Shown here: positions 44,131-55,600 of the stretch, piece after piece | How positions within the stretch are numbered: position 1 is the first letter of the stretch | Layout: every line of letters begins with the position of its first letter | NCBI RefSeq assembly: GCF_009914755.1 | Contig: NC_060947.1 | Strand: one strand, 5' to 3' | DNA length: 64,000 nucleotides | DNA from: the human T2T-CHM13v2.0 reference genome, Homo sapiens | Translations under genes and position numbers: made by a program | The notes under the pieces: model-generated | Told to the model about the DNA's origin: nothing | Seen by the model: only the letters and a program-made list of their open reading frames with translations | Databases searched by the model: none

Positions 44131-47100
44131 CATAAGGCAGTTCCTCAGAAACCTTCTTTCTAGATTTAATGTGAAGATAATTCCTTTTTTAACATGGGCC
44201 TCAAAGTGCTCAGAGCTATCTCTTTGCAGATTCTACAAAAAGACTGTTTCCAAACTGCTTCATCAAAAGAATGGTTCAACTCTGTGAGATGAATGCACAC
44301 ATCACAGACAAGTTTCCCAGAAAGCTTCTGTCTAGTTTCTTTGTGAAGATATATCCTTTTTCACCATTGGCATCAAACCCCTCACATATATCCCTTTGAA
44401 GATTCTACAAAAAGATTATCCAAACTTATCAATCAAGAGAATGGTTCAACTCTGTGAGATGAATGCACACATCAAAAAGAAGTTTCTCAGAAAGGTTCTT
44501 TCTAGTTTTTATTTGAAGATATTTCCTTTTTCACCATAGGCCTCAAGTGCTCGGAAATATCCCTTTGCAGATTCTAGAAGAATAGAGTTTCCACACTGCT
44601 CAATGAAAAGAAACGTTTACATCTGTGAGATGAATGCACACATCACAAAGCAGTTTCTCAGAAATCATCTTTCTAGCTTTTATGTGTAGACATTTCCTTT
44701 TTCACCATAGGCCTCAAAGCACTCAAAATATATCTTTTCAGGTTCTACAAAAAGACAGATTCCAAACTACTCGAACAAAAGAATGGTTCATCTCCTTTAG
44801 ATGAATACACACGTCACAAACTAGTTTCTCAGAAAGCTTCTGTCTAGTTTTCATGTGCGTTTATTTCCTTTTTCACCATAGGCATGAAAGCGCTCCCAAG
44901 AATCCCTTTGGAGATTCTATAAGAACAGATTTTCCAAACTGCTGACTGAAAAGAAACCTTTACCTCTGTGTGATGAATGCACACATCACAGAGCAGTTTC
45001 TCAGAAACCTTCTTTCTTGTTTTTTGTGAAGATATTTCCTTTTTCACAACAGGCCTGAAAGCACTCCCAAGTATCCTTTTGCAGATTCTACAAAAAGACT
45101 GTTTCCAGACTGCTCAATCAAAACAAAATTTCAATTCTGTGGGATGAATGCACTTATCCCAAAGAAGTTTCTAGGAAACCTTCTTTCTGGTTTTTATGTG
45201 AAGATATTTCCTTTTTCACCATAGGCCTCAAAGCACTCAAAAGTATCCCTTTGCAGATTCTACAAGACCAGAGTTTTCAAACTGCTCAATGAAAAGAAAC
45301 GTTTACCTCTGTAAGATGAATGCACATATCTCAAAGCAGTTTCTCAGAAAACTTCTTTCTAGTTTTTTGTGAACATATTTGTTTTTCACCATAAGCCTCA
45401 AAGCGCTCACAAAAATCCCTTTGCATATTGTACAAAAAGAAGGTTTCCAAACTGCTCAATCAGAGGAATGGTTCAACTCTGTGAGATGAATTCACATCTC
45501 ACAAAGAAGTTTCTCAGAAAGCATCTGTCTAGTTTTTATGAGAAGATATTTCCTTTACCATCACAGGCCTCAAAGTGGTCACAAATATCCCTTTGCAGAT
45601 TCTACAAGATCAAAGTTCTAAAACTGCTCAATGAAAAGAAACGTTTAACTCTGTGAGATGAATGCACACATCACAAATCAGTTTCTCAGAAACCTTTTGT
45701 CTAGCTCTTATATGAAGATATTTCCTTTTTCACCATATTCTTCAAAGTGTTCCAAATATCCCTTTACAGATCTTACAAAAAGACTGTTTCCAACCTGCTC
45801 AATCAAAAGAATGGTTCAACTCTTTGAGATCAATGTGCACACCACAAAGAAGATTGTCAGAAAGCCTCAGACTAGTTTTCATGTGAAGATATTTCCTTTT
45901 TCTCCATAGTCCTCAAAGAGTTCAAAAATATCCCTTTCCAGATTCTACAGGAACAGACTATCAAAACTGCTCAATGAAAATAAACGTTTACATCTGTGAG
46001 ATGCATGCATGCATCACAAAGCAGTTTATCAGAAAGCTTCTTTCTAGTTTTTATGTGAAGATATTTCCTTTTTCACCACAGGCCTCAAAGTGCTCCCAAA
46101 TATCTGTTTGCAGATTCTGCAAAAAGACTGTTTCCAAACTGCTCAATCAAAAGAATGTTTCAACTCTGGGAGGTGAATGCACACATCACAAAGAAGTTTC
46201 TCAGAAAGCTTCTGTCTAGTTATTATGTGAAGATATTTCCCTTTTCAACATAGGCCCCAAAGGGCTCACAAATATCCCTTTGCATATTCTACAAGAACAG
46301 AGTTTCCAAACTTTGCAATGAAAGGAAATGTTTACTTGTGTGAGATGAATGCACACATCACAAAGCAGTTTCTCAGAAACCATCTTCCTAGTTTTTATTT
46401 GAAGATGTTTCCTTTTTCACCATAGGCCTGAAAGTACTCCCAAATATCCCTTTACAGATTCTACAAAAATACAGTTTCCAAAGTGCTCAATCAAAAAAAT
46501 GGTTCAACTCTCTGGGATGAATGCACACATCACAAAGAAGTTTCCTGGAAAGCTTCTGCCTAGTTTTTATGTGAAGATATTTCCTTTTTCACCATAGGAC
46601 TCAAAGCAATCACAAATATCCCTTTGCAGATTCTAAAAAAAGGCTGTTTCCAAACTGCTCAATCAAAAGTATGGTTCAACTGTGTGAGACGAATGCACAC
46701 ATCACAAAAAAGTTTCTCAGAAAGCTTCTGTCTAGTTTTTATGTGAAGAGATTTCTTTTTGCATCATAGGCCTCATAGCACTCAGAAATATCCCTTTGAA
46801 CATATTTCAAAAAGACTCTTTCCAAACTGCTCACTAAAAAGAAACGTTTACCTCTGTGGCATGAATGCACACATGACAAAGTAGTTTCTCAGAAAGCTTC
46901 TGTCTAGTTTTTATGTGAAGGCATTTCCTTTTTCACCATAGGCCTCAGAGCACTCACAAATATCCCTTTGCAGATTGTACAAAAAGACCCTTTCCAAACT
47001 GCTCTATCAAAACAATTTTTCAAATCTGTGAGTTGAATGCACGCATCACAAACAAGTTTCTCAGAATTTATCTGTCTAGTTTTTATGTGCAGATATTTCC

Positions 47101-50100
47101 TTTTACACAATAGGCCTCAAATCGCTCACAAATATCCCTTTGAAGATTCTACAAGAACAGAGTTTCCAAACTGCTCAATGAAAAGAAACGTTTATCTCTC
47201 TGAGATGAATGCACACATCACAAAGCAGTTTCTCAGAAACCTTCTTTCTAGTTTTTATGTGGGGACATTTCCTTTTTCACCCTAAGCCTCAAAGTGCTCA
47301 AAAATATCCCTTTGCAGTTTTACAAAAACAATGTTTCCCAACTGCTCAAGCAAAAGAATGTTTCATCTCTGTGAGATTAATGCACACATCACAAAGTACT
47401 TTCTCAGAAAGCTTCTGCCTAGTTTTTATGTGATGATATTTCCTTTTTCACCATAAGCCTCAAAGCGCTCCCAAATATCCCTTTGCAGAATCTACAAAGG
47501 ACTGTTTCCAAAATGCTCAATCAAAAGAATGGTTCAACTCTGTGAGATGAATGCACACATCACAAAGATGTTTCTCAGAAAGCTTCTGTGTAGCTTCTAT
47601 GTGAAGATATTTCCTTTTTCACCATAGGCCTCAGAGCACTCACAAATATCCCTTTGCAGATTCTACAAAAATGGTGTTTCCAAAATGCTGAATCAAAAGA
47701 AAGTTTTAACTCTGTGAGGTGAATGCACATATCACAAATTAGTTTCTCTGAAAGCCCCTTTCTAGTTTTTATGTAAGGATATTTCCTTATTCACCACAAG
47801 ACACAAAGGACTCCCAAGTATCCCTTTCGAGAGTGTGCAGAAACAGTGGTTCCAAACTGTTCCATCAAAAGAATGGTTCAACTCTGTGAGATGAATGCAC
47901 ACATCACAGAGCAGTCTCTCAGAAAGCTTCTGTCTCGTTCGTATTGGAAGATAATTCCTTTTCACCACAGGCCTCCATGTGAATCCAAATATCCCTTCAC
48001 AGATTCTACAAACACTGTGTTTTCAAACTGCTCAATCAAAAGAATGGTTTAACTCTGTGAGATGAAAGCACAGATCACAAAGCAGTTTCTACGAAAGCTC
48101 CTTTCTAGTTTTTATGTGGGGATATTTCCATTTTCAACATAAGCCACAAAACACTCACAAGTATCCCTTTGCAGTTCCTAGAAAAATAGTGTTTCTAAAC
48201 TGCTCAATCAAAAGAATGGGTCAGCTCTGTGGGAGAAATGCACACTTCACAAAGCAGTTTCTCAGAAAGCTTCCTTCGAGTTTTTAGGTGAAGATATTTC
48301 CTTTTTCACCTTAGGCCTGAAAATGCTCCCAAATATCCCTTTGCAGATTCTACAAAAACGGTGTTTCCAAATTGCTGAATCAAAAGAAGGTTTTAGTTCT
48401 GTGAGACAAATGCACACATCACAAAGCAGTTTCTAAGAAAGCTCCTTTCTAGTATTAATGTGAGGATAATTCCTTTTTCATCATGGGCCTCAAAGCACTC
48501 ACAAATATCCCTGGGTAGATTCTAGAAAAGCAGTGGTTCCAAACTGCTCAACCAAAAGAATGGTTCAACTCTGTTAGAGGAATGGACACATCACAAAGCA
48601 GTTTCTCAGAAAGATTATTTCTAGTTTTTATGTGAAGATATTTCCTTTATTACCATAGGCCTCAAAGCACTCCCAATTATCCCTTTGCAGATTCTGCAAA
48701 AACAGTGATTCCAAACTGCTCAATCAAAAGAATGGTTCAACTCTGTGAGATGAATGCACACATCAGAAAGCAGTTTCTGAGAATGCTTCTCTCTAGTTTG
48801 TATTGGTAGATATTTGTTTTTCACCAAAGGCCTCCAGGTGAATCCAAATATCCCTTTGCAGATTCTACAAACACTCTGTTTCCAAACTGCTCCATCAAAA
48901 GAATGGTTCAACTCAGTGAGAGGAATGCACACATCACAAAGCAATTTCTCAGAAACTTACTTTCTAGTCTGTATTGGAAGATATTTCCTTTTTCACCATA
49001 GGCCTCAAAGGGCTCCAAAATAGCCCTTTGCACATTCTAGTAGAACAGAGTTTCCAATCAGCTCAATGAAAAAAGCGTTTAACTCTCTGAGATGAATGCA
49101 CACATCACAAAGCAGTTTCTCAGAAAGCTTCTGTCTAGTTTGTATCAGAGGGCTATTCCTTTGTCACCATAGGCCTCAAGGTGAATCCAAATATCCCTTC
49201 GCAGATTCTACAAAAACTGTTTTTCCAAACTGCTCCATCAAAAGTATAGTTTAACTCTGTCAGCCAAATGTACAGATCACAAAACAGTTTCTAAGAAAGC
49301 TCCTTTCTAGTTTTTAACGTGAGGATATTTTCTTTTTCACCATTGGCCTCAAAGCACTCAGAAATATCCCTGTGCGGATTCTAGAAAAACAGTGATTCCA
49401 GACTGCTCAATAAAAAGAATGGTTCAACTCTGTTTTAGGAATGCACACATCACAAAGCAGTTTCTCAGAAAGCTTCTGTCTAGTTTGTATCAGAAGATAT
49501 TTTCTTTGTCACCATAGACCTCAAGGTGAATCCAAATATCTCTTCACAGATTCTACAAAAACAGTGGTTCCAAACTGCTCAGTTGAAAGAATGGTTCAAC
49601 TCTGTGAGATGAATGCACACATCACAAAGCAGTTTGTCAGAAAGCTTCTGTCCAGTTTGTATCGACAGATATTTCCTTTTTCAATATAGGACTCCATGCA
49701 AATCCAAATATCCCTTTGCAGATTCTACAAACACTGTGTTTTCAAACTGCTCAATCAACAGAATGGTTAAAATCTGTGAGCTGGATTCACACATCACAGA
49801 GTTTGTGAATGCACACACACAGACTTCCCAAACTGCTCAATGAAAAGAAACATTTAACTCTGTGAGATGAATGCACACATCACAAAGCAGTTTCTCAGAA
49901 TGCTTCTGTCTAGTTTGTATCAGAAGTTATTTCCTCTGTCACCATAGGCCTCAAGGTGAATCCAAATATCCCTTCACAGATTCTACAAACACTGTGTTTC
50001 TGAACTGCTCAATCCAAAAAATCGTTTAACTCCATGAGACAAATGCACAGATCACAAAGCCGTTTCTAAGAAAGTTCCTTTCTAGTTTTTGTGTAAGGAT

Positions 50101-50763
50101 ATTTCCTTTTTCACCATAGGCCTCAAATCACTCGCAAATATCCCTTTGCAGATTCTAGAAAAACAGTGGTTCCAAACTGCTCAATCAAAGGAATGGTTCA
50201 ACTCTGTGAGAGGAATGCACACATCACAAAGCAGTTTCTCAGAAACCTTCTTTCTAGTTTTTATGTGAAGATATTTCCTTTTTCACTATAGGCTTCAATG
50301 CACTTGCAAATATCCATTTGCAGATTGTAGAAAAACAGAGTTTCGAAACTGCTCAATATAAAGAAACATTTAACTCCTTGAGATGAATGCACACACCACA
50401 AAGCAGGTTCTAAGAATCTTTCTCTCTAGTTTGCATGTGAGGATATTTTCTTCTTCAACATAAGCATCAAAACACTCCAAAATATAAACTACAAAGATTC
50501 TGCAAAAACTGTTTCCAAATTGTTCAATGAAAAGAATGGTTTCACTCTGTGAGATGAATGCACGCCTCACAAAACTGTTTGTCGGACACCTTCTTTCTAG
50601 TTTACATCAGAGGATAATACCTTTTTCACCATAGGCCTCAGTTTAATCCGTTTTATCCCTTCCTAGATTCTACCAAAACTGTGTTTCCGAACAGCTCAAT
50701 GAAAGGAAGGTTTAACTTTGTGAGATGAATGCACGTATGACAAAGAAGTTTCTCAGAAAGCTT
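44131..50763 (-). repeat. Inverted monomeric alpha-satellite, 172-bp (continuation of stratum B, grading at ~47.8 kb into a variant with ggtgaatccaaatatccc / tagtttgtatcag)
   Basis: Reverse-complement monomers (gatgaatgcacacatcacaaagcagtttctcagaaagcttctgtctag). Period is 172 (ggttcaactc at 49421 and 49593). Confidence 0.95.
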
Positions 50764-50893
50764 TCTTTTGATTGAGCAGATTTGAAACACTCTTTTTGTA
50801 GAATCGGCAAGTGGATATTTGGAGCGCTTTGAGGCCTATGGTGGAAAAGGAAATATCTTCACATAAAAACTAGTCAGAAGCATTCTCAGAAAC
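50761..50893 (+). repeat. Isolated partial alpha monomer of the 171-bp type in + orientation
   Basis: ctttcttttgattgagcagatttgaaacactc...gcaagtggatatttggagcgctttgaggcctatggtggaaaaggaaatatc...gaagcattctcagaaac. The diagnostics match the 1-22.9 kb stratum, not either flank. Confidence 0.92.
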
Positions 50894-50901
50894 TTTCTGA
50901 G

Positions 50902-51169
50902 ACCACATGTTCTCACTGTTATGTGGGAATTGAACAATGAGAACACTTGGACACAGGAAGGGGAACATCACACACCAGGGCCTGTTGTAGGGTGGGGGGA
51001 GGGATAGCATTAGGAGATATATCTAATGTAAATGACGAGTTAATGGGTGCAGCACACCAACATGGCACATGTATACATATGTAACAAACCTGCAAGTTGT
51101 GCACATGTACCCTAGAACTTAAAGTATAATAAAAATATATTAAAGAAAACACACACACACACAAAACAA
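50902..51169 (+). mobile_element. L1 3' fragment (~230 nt plus degenerate A/(CA)n tail), older subfamily, L1PA5-like
   Basis: ccacatgttctcact...gggaattgaacaatgagaacacttggacacagg...aatgtaaatgacgagttaatgggtgcagcacaccaacatgg...gtaacaaacc...ccctagaacttaaagtataat. These 3'UTR variants are older than those in the other two L1s. Subfamily is from recalled consensus. Confidence 0.92.
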
Positions 51170-52601
51170 AGATGGCTTGTTTCTAGTTTTTATCTGGTGA
51201 TATTCTCTTTTTTCCCATAGGCCTAAATGGGCTCCGAAATGTCCCTTCACAGATTCCACAAAAAAAGTGTTTCTAACCTGCTGAATCAAAAGAAAGGTAT
51301 TACTCCGTGAGATGAATCCACATATTTTAATACAGTTTCACAAGTAGCATTTTTCTAATTTTTATCTGGGGATATTTAGTTTTTCCAAATAGGCCTTAAT
51401 TGGCTACCAAATGACCCTTCACAGATTCTACAAAAAGAGTGTTTCCAACCTGCTGAATCAAAAGAAAGTTTAAACTCTCTGAGATGAATCAACACTTCAC
51501 AAAGTAGTTTCACAGATAGCTTCTTTCTAGTTTTCATCTGGGGATATTCAGTTTTACCCCATATGCTTCAATGGGCTTTCATATGTCCCTTCATGGATTC
51601 TACAAAAAAAAAAGTGTTTCCAATCTGCTGAATCAAAAGAAAATTTTAACTTTCTGAGATGAATCTACACATCACCAAGCAGTTTCACAGATAGCTTCTT
51701 TCAAGTTTCTAATTGGGAATGTTCCGTTTTTCTCCATAGACCTCAAGGGGCTAAGAAAAGTTTCTTTGCAGCTTCTACATAAAGAGTGTTTCCAACCTGC
51801 TGAATAAAAAAAAAAACAGGTTTAATTTTGTGTAATGAATCCACATATCACCAAGAAGTTTCACAGATAGCTTCTTTCTAGTTTTTAATCTGAGAATATT
51901 CGGTTTTTCCTCACAGGCCACAAAGGGTTCCCAAATGTCTTTGTGCAGATTCTACAAAAAGAGAGTTTTCAACCTACTGCATCAAAAGAAAGTTTTAACT
52001 CTGTAAGAAGAATCCACACATCAACTGGCAGTTTCATAGATAGATCCTTTCTAGTTTTTAGCTGGGGATATTCATTTTTCCCCCTTTGCCCTCATTGGGC
52101 TCCCAAATGTCCCTTCACAGATTGCACAAAAAAGTGTTTCCAAACTGCTGAATCAAAAGAAAGTTTTACCTCAGTTAGCTGAATCCACACTTCTTGAAGC
52201 AGTTTCACAGATAGCTTTTGCCAAGTTTTTATCTGGGGATATTCAGTTTTTCTTCATAGGCTGAATGGACTCTTGAATCTCCCTTTGCTGATTCTACAAA
52301 AAGAGTGTTTTTAACTTGCTGAATCAAAAGAAACGTTTAACTCTGTGAGATGAATCCACACATCACCAGGCAGTTTCCCAGATAGCTTCTTTTTAATTTC
52401 TATCTGGTGATACAAAATTTTTCCCCATAGGCCTCTATGGGCTGCCAAATGTTCCTTTGCAGATTCTACAAAAAGGGTGATTCCAACCTGGTGAACCAAA
52501 AGAAAGGTTTAATTTTGTAAGTTGATTCCACCCATCACTAAGCAGTTTCATAGATAGCTTTTTTTTAAGTTTGTGTCTGTGGTCTTTTTCTTTCTTTCTT
52601 T

Positions 52602-52665
<64 letters not shown>

Positions 52666-55600
52666 TGTCTAGGCCTAGATGGTCTCCCAAATTTCCCTTT
52701 GCAGATTCTAAAAAATAATGTTTCAAACCTGCTTAATCAAAAGAAAGTTTTAACTTTGTGAGATGAATCCACACATCACCAAGCAGTTTCACAGATAACT
52801 TCTTTCTAGCTTTTAACTGGGGATAACCTGGTTTTCCCCGTAAGCCTTGAGGTTCTCAGAAATCTCCCTTTGCACATTCTATAATAAGAGTGTTTCCAAA
52901 CTGCTGAACTGAAAGAAAGGTTTAGCTCTGTGAGATGAATTCACACATCACAAAGCAGTTTCGCAGGTATCTTCTTTCTAGTTTTAATCTGGTAATATTC
53001 AGTTTTTCCCCACAGGCAATGATGGGCTCCCAAATGACCTTTCACAGTTTCTACACAAAGAGTCTTTCCAACCTGCTGAATCAAAAGAATGGTTTCCCTA
53101 GGAGGGATGAATTCATATATCCTCAAGCAGTTTTACAGATAGATAGATTCTTTCTAGATATTATCTGGGGATATTCGGTTTATCCAAATAGTCTCAATGA
53201 GCTCCCAAATGTCCCTTCACAGATTCTACAAAAAGAACCCTTTTAACCTGCTGAATCAAAAGAAACGTTTAATTCTGTGAGATAAATCCACACATCACCT
53301 GGCAGTTTCACAGATAACTTCTTTCTAATTTTTATCTAAGGATGTTCGTTTTTTTCCCTGTAGGCCTCAATGGGTTCTCAAAACTCCCTACACACATTCT
53401 GCAGAAATGTTTCCAACCTGCTGAATCAAATAAAAAGGTTTAACTCTGTTAGTTGAATCCACATATCACCAGACAGTTTCAGAGATATCTTCTTTCTAGT
53501 TTTTTTCCGGGGATATTCCCTTTACACCTCTATGGGCTTCCAAATGTCCCTTTGCAGATTCCTGAAAAACATTGTTTCCAACCTGGTAAATCAAAAGGAA
53601 GGTTTAACTTTGTTAGATAAGTCCACATATCACCAAGGAGATTCACAGATATCTTCTTTCTAGTTTTTATCTAAGGATATTTGATTTTTCCCCTTAGGTT
53701 TCAATGGGCTCTGTTGTGTCCATTTGCAGATTCTACAAAAAGAGTGTTTTCAATCTGCTGAATCAAAAGAAAGGTTAAACTCTCTGAGATGAATTGACAT
53801 TTCACAAAGCAGTTTCACGGATATCTTCCTTCTAGCTTTTATCTGGGGATATTCAGTTTTTCTCCGTAGGCCTTAATGGCTCCCAAATATCTCTTGGCCA
53901 ATTCTACAAAAAGAGTTTTTCCAACCTGCTGATTCAAATGAAAGGTGTAACTCTGTGAGATAAATCAAAATGTTAAAAAGCAGTTTTACAAATAACCTCT
54001 TTCTAGTTTTTATCTGTGGATAATCAATCTTTCCCCATAGGCCTCAATGGACTCCTCATTGTCCCTTTGCTGATTCCATAAAAGGATTCTTTCCAACCTG
54101 CTGTATCAAAAGAAAGGTTTAACTTTATGAGATGAATCCACACATTACAAAGCAGTTTCACTGATACATTCTTTCTAGTTTTTATCTGGGTATATTTGGT
54201 TTTCCCCATAGGCCTCAATGGGCTCCCAAATATCCCTTCACAGATTATACTGAGAGAGAGTTTCCAACCTACTGAATCAAAAGAAAGTTTTAACTCTGTG
54301 ACATGAATCCACGTAGCACAAAGCAGTTTCACAGGTAGCATCTTTCTAGTTTTTGTCTCTGGATATTCTGTTTTCCCCACAGGCCTCAATGGTCTCCTAA
54401 TTTTCTGTTCGCAGATTCTACATAGAGAGGAGTATTATCAACCTATTGAATCAAAAGAAAGGTTTAACTTTGTTAGGTGAATCAATAAATAACAAAACAG
54501 TTTCACAGATAGCTTCTCTCTAGTTTTTATCTGGTGATATTCAGTTATTCCCTATAGGCCAAAATAAGCTCCAAAATGTTCCTTTGCAGATTGCACAAAA
54601 AGAACTTTTTTTAACCTCCTGAATCAAAAGAAAGGTTTAACTCTGTGAGATGAATCTACGTATCTCAAAGCAGTTTCACAGATAGCTTCATTCTAGTTTT
54701 TATCTGGGGATATTCGGTTTGTCTTCTTAAGCCTCAGTGGGCTCTGAAAAGTCCCTTCACATATTCTACAAAAAGTGTGTTTCCACCCTGCTGAAACAAA
54801 GGAAAAGTTAAACTCTGTGAGCTGAATCAACACTCCAAAAAGCAGTTTCATAGGTAGCTTCTTTCTAGTTTTTATCTGTAATATTCCGTTTTTCCCTTAA
54901 GATCTCATTTGACTCTCAAATGCACTTTTGCAAGTTCTACAAAAAGAGTGTTTCTAACATGCTTAATCAAAAAAAAACATAATTCTTTGAGTTGACCAGA
55001 CACATCACAAAGCAGTTTCACAAATAGTTTCTTTCTACTTTTGATCTAGGGATATTCGGTTTTTCCCTTAGGCTTCAATGGGCTCTCAAATGTCCCTTTG
55101 CAGATTCTACAAAGAGTGATTTCAACCTGCTGAATCAAAAGAAAGCTTTAAATCTATGAGATGAATCCACACAACACCAAGCAATTTCACAAATAGTGTC
55201 TCTCTAGTTTTTAAGTTGGAATATTCAGTTCCTCCTCCTGATTGATTTTCTTCTCCAATGTCCCTTTGCAGATTCTACAAAAAGAGTTTTCAAACTGCTG
55301 AATCAAAAAAAGGTTTAACTCTGTGATACCATTCCACACATCACCAAGCAGTTTCACAGATAGCTTATCTTTTTTTTTTTAATCTAGGGCTAATTGATTT
55401 TTCCTCATAGGCCTCAATGGGCTCTGAGGTGTCACCTCACAGTTTCTACAAAAGAGTATTTCCAACCTGCTGTATCAAAAAATAGGTTTAATTTTTGTGA
55501 GATGATTCCCCACATCACCAACCAGTTTCACAGATAGCTTCTCTCTAGTTTTTATCTAGAAATATTCAGTTTTCCCCACATGCCCCAATGGGCTCCAAGG

